From Lama glama (lineage: Eukaryota): a stretch of DNA of 64,000 nucleotides. The position numbers and the translations under genes are program-made. Where the stretch lies: assembly GCA_028534125.1 (NCBI GenBank), contig CM052816.1:83950001-84014000 (forward strand). The letters run 5' to 3'. Below, in pieces: positions 26,761 through 37,701 of this stretch (the stretch's first letter is position 1; every line of letters begins with the position of its first letter). The notes beneath the pieces were generated by a model that saw only the letters and a list, made by a program, of their open reading frames with translations, was not told the DNA's origin and did no database searches.

Positions 26761-27552
26761 TGTTAAAAGATAATGCCGACTGAAATAAATGTGCAGCCTA
26801 AAAGTTAAGAGTTATGTTTCATTTGGTGGGAGGACTGAGCCGGGATGACAGCCTCTCAGATCGCTCTGAGGGACTGCTCCGGAGAGGTAGGGGAGGGGCT
26901 AGGATATATAGGAGCTTTACAACAAAGACCAGGTAGTTGGAACAATAAAAGATTCCTTGTTATCTAAAGAAAACCAGGCATCTCAAGTTCAAGAATTTAG
27001 TGCTTTTCTATGTATGCCAGGAAGCAAACATTTGGGCTCATTGAATTCATTCCTTTGACAAGCACCTAGCTCTCTAGGGCCAGTATCCTGTCCTTTCTTA
27101 TTCTGAGTCCCCTCAGGGTGCACCACTGTGAGTGGCTGCAGAGGCCGGGCTAGGCCTGTCCCCCACTGGGGGGTGGCAGCAGCCGCTGAAGACTTGGTTT
27201 CCGCGTTCTTTGTTTACTGATATTTTCGTTCACAATAAGTTGAGGCATATTTTTAAAAATTATGTTCATTTGAGCAAAAATCAGTTCAAACTGAGCAGCA
27301 CCAAACTGGAAGTGGTTAGGAGAACTCCTCCCACGGAAGCTCAGGGAGAGATGCTTTTGGAGAAAAGGAGGAAGCAAAGCAAGAAAATTACTGATTGCCT
27401 GCAGCTGACAGTCTGGTCGAGTGTGACTGGTTGTCCTTAGGTTTAGATTTGTAACTGAGGCATTTACAAGCTTAGGTTTTGGTTTCCTTTGGTAGGCTGC
27501 CAAAGCCTTAGTCACCTAATTCTAATGGCCTTCTAGTTTAATTAATTTAACA
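26761..27552 (-). mobile_element. Host ERV1-type solo LTR (26761-26773 + 27235-27552) interrupted by a younger LTR
   Basis: Removing 26774-27234 and one ATAA copy restores 'tgttaaaagataagttgaggc...ttaatttaaca' with TGTTAAA/TTTAACA inverted termini. Confidence 0.75.
26774..27234 (-). mobile_element. Young ERV1-type solo LTR, copy A (461 bp)
   Basis: TG...CA termini, perfect 4-bp TSD ATAA (26770-26773 / 27235-27238), reverse-complement match to copy B. Confidence 0.92.
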
Positions 27553-27647
27553 TTCTTTTCAGAAGGAATGCCTTTTTCAGAGAGTCAAAAGTGAAAGATC
27601 TTACCACATTTTCAGAGAAAAAATATCTTTGAAGTCTTTCCTGGAAT

Positions 27648-29014
27648 GACAAGTTTTCAAATCGGGGTGTTTTTAATCCTGGGGATACATGAAGACTTTA
27701 CAACGAGTATATTGGTACTGTGAACCAAAAATAGTGCAAACCATACCAGTAAACAAAGAATGCTGAACCCATCAAGTCATCAGCTTGCCGCTGCCGTGCC
27801 CAACTCCCCCACCCAGTGAAGACAAGCCTGCAGCCCAGCCTCTGCAGCCACTCACAATGGTGCCCCCTGAGGGGACTCAGAATAAGAAAGGACAGGATAC
27901 TGGCCCTAGAGAGCTAGGTGCTTGTCAAAGGAATGAATTCAGTGAGCCCAAATGTTTGCTTCCTGGCATATATAGAAAAGCACTTAAGTCTTTAACTTGA
28001 GATGCCTGGTTTTCTTTAGATAACAAGGAATCTTTTATTGTTCCAACTACCTGGTCTTTGTTGTAAAGCTTCTATACATCCTAGCTCCTCCCCTACCTCT
28101 CCGGAGCAGTCCCTCAGAGCAATCTGAGAGGCTGTCATCCCGGCTCAGTCCTCCCACCAAATGAAACATAACTCTTAACTTTTAGGCTGCACATTTATTT
28201 CAGTCGACAGTGCCAATAATTTTTAAGGAATTGATCCCTTCCTAGAATTGATTTGTTTGAGGATGTACCTATGTCATTGAGAATTCATATTTCAATCTTT
28301 TTTTTCCCACACTCTTTTTTCACTTTCTGAAAATAAGGCAGTCTTCACCCATTCTAAAATGTAAAAAGAGCAGTTTTTTCCATGGCAAATATTTGTGGGT
28401 GCCCAAAACAAGAAGAGTTCTAAAGATTTAAGTTCAAAGAAGTTTACTTTAACAAGTCAGCACTCCACTCTACTGAAAAAAATACTTCTCTATAAAATTT
28501 TGCAATGCAGTTTTAATGTGTTATTCAAAATTAAGAGAGATTGTAATTTTTTAAACTATTAATATTGTAAAGAACACCAAGTCCAGAAAAATGTTTTATA
28601 GTTTAGGCAAAATAAATTGCTTTTAATCAATTTATGTTCACAATTTTTTGAGGATAATTTGGTGGAGTGATCAGAAACATACTTCTTTAAAAATACATTG
28701 CATTAGGATGAAATATTGTAAGAAGTAAATGCAGGTTAAATGAGAAGATGAAGTATACACATTCTGACTATTTAAGATAATACATGAATGACACTTTCAC
28801 TCATACTGCATGGGATACATGAAAATAGTGATGGACTAGTCTTATTTTTCAAATGACACTTCTAAAAATAAGACAGCTATTGCATTTATTACAACAATTT
28901 GTACTCCAATTGAAAAAGTCTAGACACCAATTTTAAAAATAGCGAGAGGTGCACAATTATAATTTAAAAATAATTTTAGAAACATGTAAGTAAAAAAATA
29001 AGGTTACAAGCTAC
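27648..29014. mobile_element. hAT-Charlie (Charlie4-like) DNA transposon, interrupted by LTR copy B
   Basis: 5' end 'aagttttcaaa...cctggggatacatgaagacttt' and post-LTR 'ttttaaggaatt...ttcctagaattgatttgtttgagga' resemble the recalled Charlie4 consensus. Confidence 0.5.
27719..28209 (+). mobile_element. Young ERV1-type solo LTR, copy B (491 bp)
   Basis: tgtgaacc...gtcgaca termini. 4-bp TSD gtac (27715-27718) / gtgc (28210-28213), one mismatch. Confidence 0.92.
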
Positions 29015-29569
29015 TGTTGTTAGGTAGTTAGATAAGTGGGGGCATCAGGCAGATAAGGAAGAGGACAAGGAGGATGGTTTGGAAGATGGTGTTTTGCCTG
29101 CGTCCAGCATAAAGGGACTTAACTTCTAAATGAATGCCAACAAGAAATCGGTTAGAACCTGACAGTCACAACTGCACGGTAGCAGAGAGGACTTAACTGG
29201 ACACAACCAGTGTTCATTGCATTGTAATTAACGCTGTGGTTTAGGTTCCCGCCCCGCCCCCCATGGGTTCTTCTGTGCACACCATGGGTAAGGACATGCT
29301 CAAAGGGGTCAAACATGACTCAGCATTCCAGGGATAAGAGCCGTCAATCAGTCAGGAGACCACCTGTAAGTGAGGGCATAAGAGAAAGGGGGGACAAAAA
29401 CCACAGCCTTTCTCCCTTGGATCAGCCCACCTCTCACTCTTGGGTGGAGTATGTTTCCTTTCTTCAATAAATCTTTCAAAATCTTTCACTACACAATGCA
29501 CCATCTCCCGACTGTAAACTTATCTTTCAAGTATGACAAGAACCAGGGTTTTTACCATTTAGGGTAACA
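29015..29569 (+). mobile_element. ERV1-type solo LTR of a different family (555 bp)
   Basis: tgtt...aaca termini, TSD ctac/ctat, GC boxes 29248-29262, AATAAA 29466-29471, U5-like 'gacaagaacc'. Confidence 0.85.
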
Positions 29570-30264
29570 CTATACTGGAGTGAACAATTTTCATCTGAAT
29601 TAAATCATTTTGATAATAAATATGAATAACCAGGATTTGGTTAACCGTCATTTTTAGTTTGCCAGAGAAAATATTTCAATAAAAGTACAGAGCAGATATA
29701 GCTTAGATCCAAGTCCTCCACTTTAAAGATAAAGTGACAGGAATGTTTTGCTAGCATTCTGTGATGTATTCAGAAATTAAACTATTACAACAGTGTATTT
29801 ATACCCGCATATAAAGGACCACAATAAATAACCAGGCTGTAAAGTTAAAAGGGATAAAGCATAGTCCAGTGCCTCACAATTGCAGTTCCTTTGTCTAGAG
29901 CTACAACGAGTGTACAACTACGTGTATAATTCCAGATCAATTTAATTAAAGAAATGAACGTGTAGTTGTTTTATGAAAAGGTGAGGAGACAACTTATACG
30001 ACCTATGAACTATAATCTACTAGATTTTAATGATAATCTTACTGTGTAAGAAACCTGCTACTGCTGTGAAGTGTTTAGGCCAGTGGGATCATATGCATTT
30101 TCCTCATTTTATCCTCCCCAAAAGTTATAGTCCCTGGTAATTTTAGGAAAAGTTCTGAGAACTTGAAGGAGCCAAAGAGATAATAAATCACTCAAAGATT
30201 ATCATAAAATAATCACTAATCTAAAATTAAAATATTATGCAGTAATTATTGTTTAAAAATTTTT

Positions 30265-30461
30265 CAACAACAAGGAACTACTGTAGAACACAGAGAGCTA
30301 TATTCAATTTCTTATAATAATATATAATGAAAAAGAATCTGAAAAGAAAAAATATATATATATATATGTGTGTGTATAACTGAATTTCTTTGTTCTGCAC
30401 CTGAAACTAACACTGTAAATCAACTCCACTTCAATAAAACATAAAAATGAAAAAAAAAAAA
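30265..30461 (+). mobile_element. Artiodactyl L1 3' end (short, 5'-truncated)
   Basis: 'aacaacaaggaactactgtagaacacagagagctatattcaat...gtataactgaat...cacctgaaactaacac...gtaaatcaact' plus poly(A). Degenerate TSD aaaaatttttcaa/aagaattctcaa. Confidence 0.85.
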
Positions 30462-30475
30462 GAATTCTCAATATT

Positions 30476-30641
30476 AAAAAAGGAAGGAAGGTAGGAAGAA
30501 AAAATGGAGGAGACAAAGAGAGAGAAAGGGAAGGAGGAGAGAACAAAAGAGTAAGAAAGGAAGAAAGAGAGATTGAGAGGGAGGAAGGGAAGGAAGGGAG
30601 GGAGGGAGGAAAGAAAAAAAGAAGGAAAGAATGATGGAGGA
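30476..30641. repeat. Purine-rich (GGAA/GA) low-complexity tract
   Basis: Almost entirely G/A on the + strand. Confidence 0.9.
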
Positions 30642-30651
30642 ATATACTTCT

Positions 30652-31013
30652 TGCTATGGACTGAATTGTGTGTTGCCCAAACTTATATACTGAAGTGCCT
30701 ACCCCAGAGTGATGGGATTTGGAGAAAGAGCCTTCAGGATTCAGTGAGGTTTACAGCAGGTCATAATTTCAGGTTCCATACGATGGGATTAGTGCCTTTA
30801 TAAAATGAAACACAACATGAGAGAGCTTTCTTTCTTTCTCTCTCCCTCTCTGCCATGTGGGAACAAAACCAGAAGGCAGCCAGAAAGATACGTCTCATCA
30901 GGTCCTGATCTTGCCTGCGCCTTGATGTTGGATTTACAGTCCCCAGACTGTGAGAAAATTAATTAATCCCAACCTATTCTATTTTGTTATGGCAGTCCAA
31001 GCTGACTAAGACA
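30652..31013 (+). mobile_element. Full-length MLT1A-like solo LTR with perfect 5-bp TSD
   Basis: tgctatggactgaat...gctgactaagaca. TSD CTTCT at 30647-30651 and 31014-31018. Confidence 0.92.
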
Positions 31014-31429
31014 CTTCTTCAATAATGACTTAAGTATCTAAAATATTAACTGAATGTTGAGCCGTTGAATTTCAAAAAAGATTTCTTTTTTCATTTTATT
31101 TCTTAAATAATGAACATAATAGTATTAATATGTAATAAAAATAGCCCTCAAAGCATCCCTCCAAAACTCATTTGAAAGTGCTTAATATAGAAAAATAACA
31201 ATGAATTCCAATGAAAATGGAGTAATTAAATTTAATAGGCATAAAGAAAATGCAGTATCTGCAGATAGATTTGAGATGAGGCTTTGATGTAGCAATAGCA
31301 AAAATATATTCTTTATCGTGCTTGAATTGCAAATACTTTCATCTCATGTAAAAATACTTTACTTATATTTACTTATTCTTACCACTTCTAATCATAATTG
31401 AACTAAAATATTTGTATACTTCAGAAGAA

Positions 31430-32300
31430 AAAATAAATACAATTAAGAAGAAAAAAAGAAAATCCTCATTATTCACAGATTATTAAATTTAAACATTAAA
31501 AAAAACAAATTTATGGACAACTTTGATAGAATTGTTAAATGATAGATATAGAATTATACAAGGGCAAAATCCACATTCTCATCAAGAGAATATGGAACAC
31601 TTACTAAAATTAACCACATACTACTTGAGTCTTTCTCTCTTATTATCTTTAAATTTGAGCACATGCCCTAAGGCCTAGAAATAATTCTCCTTTGAGATTA
31701 TGTATATCTTTTGAGTATGTGTATAATATGTTTATGTACATTGGAACCTGGAAAATATATATAGTTATAATGTGTGTATATTTATAGCAAAGTTTATCAC
31801 AGTATTATTCATAATAAAAAACAATAAATCTAAACTAGAAACTTAAATGCCCAGCAGCATTAGAATGAACAAAAAAATGTGATGTATTTATAAAAGCAAA
31901 TGAAATAGTCATTAAATCAACAGTGAGCAGCTCCATGCAGCACCCTACATGAATCTGGAAGAATACATGCTGCTCTGCAGAAGTCAGATAGAAAATAATA
32001 TGTACTATACTATGTTCTTATGAGGTTCAAAAATAGGATAAAAATTGTTCAAGAGGGTTCTCAAAAGAAGCAAGTAAGTGATTCTCACTGCCAGGAAAGC
32101 AGGTACTTGTGATGTTAGAATTTGTGATTCATAAGGAGTCTTCAGGGGAATTCAGGGATGTTGACAAAATTTTACTTCTTGTGCTAGATTTTGGTCACCT
32201 TCGTGTTCATTTGCAATCATTTCTCATATTAAGCTTGATAGCTGTGTTTATGTACTTTTGTAAATAACATGTTTCAGAAGGAAAACAATTTTGAAAAAGT
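31430..32300 (+). mobile_element. Old L1 (L1ME-like) fragments
   Basis: 'cacattctcatcaagagaatatggaacacttactaaaattaaccacatact', 'aaactagaaacttaaatgcccagcagcattagaatgaac'. Confidence 0.65.
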
Positions 32301-32363
32301 TAAAATCAGAATATTTCTCAATTAGGATGTCCATATTTTATTGGTGAAATAAATTACACTGAG

Positions 32364-32853
32364 TGTGACAGACTGCTACATTCATGTAGCAGTTAATCAC
32401 ACTTCTTAGTGTCTGTGCTTTTGTGTACTCACTTTTCATACTGACTGTGGATCTTGGCCATGTGATGTGTTTTGACAAATGGCATATCGATAAAAGGTAC
32501 AGAAAAGGAGGCTTGATAAACACTTGTACATTGGGTCCTGACTTCTTGGAATGTTGCCATTATTATGTAAGAAACCTAGGCTGGTAAGCTGGAAAGGCCA
32601 AAGGGACAGGAACCAAGCTGCTCAAGCCAACAGTTTCAGCTCACTGCTAGACAAAGAAATGAGGCCATTTTGGCCGATTCAGTCCCAGTCGATTTGTAGA
32701 TGACCACAACCACATGAGGGCATTCAGGAAGCCCAGTAGAAGAACCACCAATTGAGCCCCATGTAAATTGTAAAGTCATGAGCAAGATAAATAGATGTTT
32801 TAATTCACTAAATTTTAGGATGGTTGTTTATACAGAGATAAATAACTAGTTCA
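32364..32853 (+). mobile_element. MLT1F/G/H-like MaLR LTR
   Basis: 'cttggccatgtgatgtgttttgacaaatgg', 'agaagaaccaccaattgagccc', 'cactaaattttaggatggttgtttatacagagataaataact'. Confidence 0.75.
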
Positions 32854-33504
32854 CCATGCAAACAGCTTTCTTTACTTTATCATCCTTTGAGTAGTACTTG
32901 ACTTCAAATAGTAGTTTAACTAATATTTAATGCAATTATTTTAGAAAATAAATTTTACATACATTAAAAAATGTGTAAGCATGTCAGAATTATTTCTTGT
33001 GTCAGCAGTACCCAAGTTGGCAATTGGTTTGAATCATCAAGGGGCATCTTAAGGCTATTAACATCTCTTCTCTTCTCTAGAGATTCTGAGTTGAGTGTCT
33101 GGAGTGTGGAGAAGAGGGTGGTTTATCTACCTATCTATCTTGAACTTCTAAAGCAATTCTAATGGAACATTGAACATTGAGATATGGATGACTAACAGAA
33201 AGAATCTATTTAAATGCTAATGTATCTAAAAATAGAACATTGTTATAATGGAGTATATATAACCACAAACAATGGAACAGCATAAAGAGAGGCTGCAGTA
33301 ATTAAAATATCGTATCTAATGATCCTGACATTCTGAAACTCTACTTGTAATTTTCACTTGCCTAGAATTACATGACACGTCTTTCCTCAAATGGTGCACA
33401 TGTTAAACAGGGTGTTATGGAGACTTTGAAATAACGTATTTTTTACTCTAACAAAATGGCTTCTATATCTGTAAACAATTCATTTTCCTGTTCAGCTTGA
33501 CAAG

Positions 33505-33870
33505 CAGTACTTTAGGTATTTCCTATGGCAGCTGTAAAATATTACCACCAACTTAAAGGCTTGAAAACAATGCAAATTTATTATTTTACAGGTGTGTAGA
33601 TTAGAAGTTAGACATGGATTTCACTGGACTAGAGCCAAGTTTTGGACAGGAACATATTCTTCTCCGGAGGCTCTGTGGGAAACTTGGTGTCTTGGTCTCT
33701 TGTGGCATCTGGAGTCACCCACGTTCTTCCCCTCATGGCCCTTTCTTTCATCTTCAAAGCCAACAAAATTGGATTTCTCTAATCTTTCTTTCATCAAGAA
33801 AAGGATTGACAAAGAATGTATGATTGTTAGAACTCATGTAATTAGATTGGACCCACCTGGATAATCTATA
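33505..33870 (-). mobile_element. MLT1C/D-like LTR
   Basis: 'ggcttgaaaacaatgcaaatttattattttacag', 'attagattggacccacctggataatc'. Confidence 0.8.
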
Positions 33871-36099
33871 TACGTTGAATAAATTATCAAAGGAATGTCA
33901 TTTTGATAATAATGGCAGTAGTAAACAAACTTTTGATACCATACAAGATTTAAAGAAAACTTTTGAAATTACCTCAGTGACACACACTTTAAAGTATGTA
34001 TTCTTATAGATCTACCCTTAACACTGGGGAGTTATTTATATATTTATATGTGCAAATATTATACATTAAACATGCAGTCGTTAATTGACCCTTGTCATCT
34101 TTTTAAGCAACCTGCATTGTCTTCCGATGATTTTGCAGGTGAAAGTGTCTTAATTCCCAGAATGGCCTCTTCATATATTTATCTTTCAATGTTGACACCA
34201 GCTTCCCTCTCTGGTAAACCAGTGCCCACACTACCAGTGTTTTTACTCGCGTTTTTAATTCCTCTTTACCATAGCGTAAATATTCATATTTTTTCTTTCC
34301 TTTCTCATTAATTTCTCCTATGATATTGTGGTTGAAGTCTTGCTTTAGTGGTTCTTCCCATCCCTCTTTCTTTTTCCTTCTGTCTGCACATCCCTTGGAC
34401 TTTGCTAACTATACTGTTGAAGTTCTTGACTTAACTTAGTGCTTCACAACCCTGCATACCGTTGCTTTAACCCTTTCCTGCTTTAGAAGCCACACCCCCA
34501 CCCCTGCCCCCAGGAAAAAAAAAAAAAGCTATTTGCTTTTTATACTCCCTGCTCCGGTACTTTTTGTCTGCAGGTTTTGGTGCATTTTTAAAAAGCTGAA
34601 CTAAAGCTAACCTGTGATTCAAATGGGGAATTGGTTATCTTTCAGGGAAAGTCTCTACCCAGCACAACTAAATAGCACCTTTCTTCGGTTTTCTCCGTTT
34701 GTTTACTTTAATAGTTCCTTCAAAGCAGATTTCTGCCATCTCAGCAGTTTTGCACTGACAGTAGTTCATCTAGAGAAAATAATCCAAGGTTCCTGAACAT
34801 GCACCTGTATGAACTGCCCCTACCATGACCCTTTAATTGCTTAGGTTTTATTAATGACACTGAGTTGCACTGAATATGAACTTTGCTCTCTCAGGTTGAA
34901 TTCTTTAAGAAATGAAGTGAAAATATAGATGGGGCTCAATTTTCTCTCTGTTGAATATAGGGACTCAAACCATGTGATACTTTTTTCATTACTTCATTTT
35001 CTAACATAATTAAATTAAATAATGACATTCTCCTTAAAACTATTCATTCTATAAAATAATATTATAATCAACATGTATTTTGATATTAATAAAGTACTGA
35101 CATTTGCTTTTGAATTGATGACAGTGTAGATTCCATTTACTAACAATAACTAAAATTTAGAGATGAATTTCCAAGGGCTAAGCACTGTCCGAATCAATTT
35201 AGGATCTTTACATCATTTAATCCCTGTATCAAACTTATAAAGTTATCCAGAAATTGACACATTGCAACTGACTATACTTCAGTTTAAAAAAAAAAAAACC
35301 TAGAAGGTTAAATATCTTTGCTATTGCCACCATAAAACTTCATCTTAGAGGGAAAACACTACTTGCCCAAGATCATATAGCTACAGAAAAATCAAGCCAG
35401 AATAGGAACTCCAGGAGTCCACCTCTAGAACACTCAGTCTTAAGTCTTTATTAAGATAAATTCTCTTATTTAGAGAAATTAAAAAAAACATTATATTTGC
35501 TTTGTTAACTTTGATGGCATCTAACACCAGTAAGTCCGTCAGAAATCTGAAAAAAAAAAAAAAAACTTTAGGTTGCACTGCTTGAATGACAGCCTAGTTG
35601 ATAATTAGTAGGCAGAGGACTTAGAAGCAAATGGCAGCTCTGTTTAAAAAAATGCATCACACTTTGTGAGCAGAATCTTCAACTTGCCAGGAATGCAGTA
35701 CATTCATTATGCTGCTGCTAAGACTGAGGAGAGTACATAAATTATTCAGGGTGAGGAGAGACATTAATTTTTTTTACAATGCAAAAGAGATGATTCACAG
35801 AATAGAAGTGATCAGAATTTATTAATATATTTCTCCATTTAACGTGAATAATTTATTTCATCTTCCATGGTAAAATAAAGCACAGGCATTGGAATAAAAC
35901 TAACAGTTAACAAATCTAGCTTTATTTCTTAAAGCCTGGGTGTGTTAAAAGAAAGACACTTTGATGGTATATGTTACAATAAATAATTTGCTAATTGAAA
36001 GAATATTTAAGGTTTAATACTTTTTAATTTTTTCTATTAATAATGTGTAAACTAGTTAACAATTATTATGTTCAGATGCATATTCTTTCACTTGGATGC

Positions 36100-36184
36100 T
36101 TTCACATATGTTCAAAAATATGATAAAAATCAGCTTTGTTTCACTTATCCCACCTGCTCCTTTCTCAATCCTAGTTTTGAAATA
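36100..36184 (+). repeat. 85-bp dispersed direct repeat, copy 1
   Basis: Identical to 37617-37701 by base-by-base reading. Confidence 0.95.
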
Positions 36185-36279
36185 TTTCACTTGCTACAGT
36201 ATAAGGGTAAACGATTTTGGTGTGTGTGAAAAGAATTTCTACACAGTTAATGAATCTTCAAAGAGTCATGAAGAAAATG

Positions 36280-36400
36280 TAAATTGAATGCCTACTATGT
36301 GTCATGAACTGTTTTACTTGCTGGTGGTTTGGCAGTGAACAAGACCCTAAACTTACTTCTCTGGGAAATAAAGTATAAATAAAACTTAGAAATGTAAATA
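36280..36400 (-). mobile_element. L2 3' end fragment
   Basis: 'ttgaatgcctactatgtgtcatgaactgtttta...cagtgaacaagac'. Confidence 0.6.
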
Positions 36401-36489
36401 ATCACTGGAGCTTCTGACAGTTACATGTATCGATCAAAGAATTAAACAAAATGATAGGATGGTAACTGTAGAGCTGTCTTTCAAAAGGA

Positions 36490-36990
36490 AAATGCTATTC
36501 AGAGCTGGAGATTCCTTACATCTGAGCTGGCCTGACTTGTTTTGACCAATAGCATGTGGTAGAACTGATGGTACGCTAGTTCTAAACCTAAGTAAAGACC
36601 TTCGTGTTCTTCCAATTTCTCTTGGAACTCTTCCCATGAAACACAAATGAGAAATACAGTAGAGCCTACAAGGAGAGAAGAGATTTCGTGGACAGAGTCA
36701 GGTCATGTTAGTGGTTCTAGAAGCCTCTTCCTGGATCAACTGACAGCCCGCTGAGTCACAGACAGGAGAAAGTCCAGCTGATGTCAGTAGAGCCACCTAG
36801 CTGGTGCACGGTTGACTGGAAACATGTGGACGAGCCCAGTCAAAATCAGAAGGCAGATCCAACTTGCCACTAGTCTTGTGAGCAATAATGAGTGCTTAAT
36901 GTTTAAGTCCCTGTGTGTGTGCACGTGTCTACACACATACACGTGCAAACATATGTTTATGTATCAGACAAGCCTTACTATATACTTTTC
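36490..36990 (+). mobile_element. MLT1 (H/J-like) LTR
   Basis: 'tgacttgttttgaccaatagcatgtggtagaactgatg', 'gtgagcaataatgagtgcttaatgtttaagtc'. Confidence 0.65.
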
Positions 36991-37616
36991 CTGAGACATG
37001 CTGCCTGATAAAGGACACTGATTTTCCTGCAGGCCGCTGGAAGCTGTGATTTAGGCAAATGCAGCAGTAATCTCCCTTCTAAATACATGCAATACACCAA
37101 ATACTCCAAAATACACCCAAAACTCAATCTACCGCCATGCATATTGTCTCTGTAAGTCATATATCCAGGTGCTAAGATGAGGAAATCATCTTAAATACTG
37201 TTTGAGAGATTACTATTAGAAAGATGAAATATTTGGGCCAGAATGTACCTGATTCTTTTATAAGTCAAGGTCCTGGCATGCTAGTGATAAGTCAATCCTT
37301 GGACTTTCAGTGAATTCCTCAGCTTGTGAATGAATAGCTCTTATTCAGGGCTGCTCAAAGAGCTTCTGGGATTCACATTGTGGGTATTGTGGTAGTTTAT
37401 TTCTCCCAACCATTTCTAAAATGAGAACTCTATCCAGTGTATGCCTTTTTCTAAAACTTGAAGATCATACTATTAGCACAAGTGCCCTGAATCTAAGTAG
37501 CACATCTGTGTCTATATGCTGTGCACACTGTAATCAACCAGGCATATTCTGAAGGGCTTACATGTATTAAGAATTTGGGATTGCTGCCAAATCCGACCCC
37601 AGACACTATTCCGACA

Positions 37617-37701
37617 TTTCACATATGTTCAAAAATATGATAAAAATCAGCTTTGTTTCACTTATCCCACCTGCTCCTTTCTCAATCCTAGTTTTGAAAT
37701 A
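37617..37701 (+). repeat. 85-bp dispersed direct repeat, copy 2
   Basis: Identical to 36100-36184. Confidence 0.95.

Noticed and set aside
27132..28000. ORFs of 102, 121 and 71 aa
   Set aside because: They lie in or across LTR sequence and cross insertion junctions, with no gag/pol/env motifs.
26774..28209. A single provirus or a large TIR DNA transposon
   Set aside because: Proviral LTRs are direct, not inverted. Each LTR has its own 4-bp TSD, and the spacer is made of other TE fragments.
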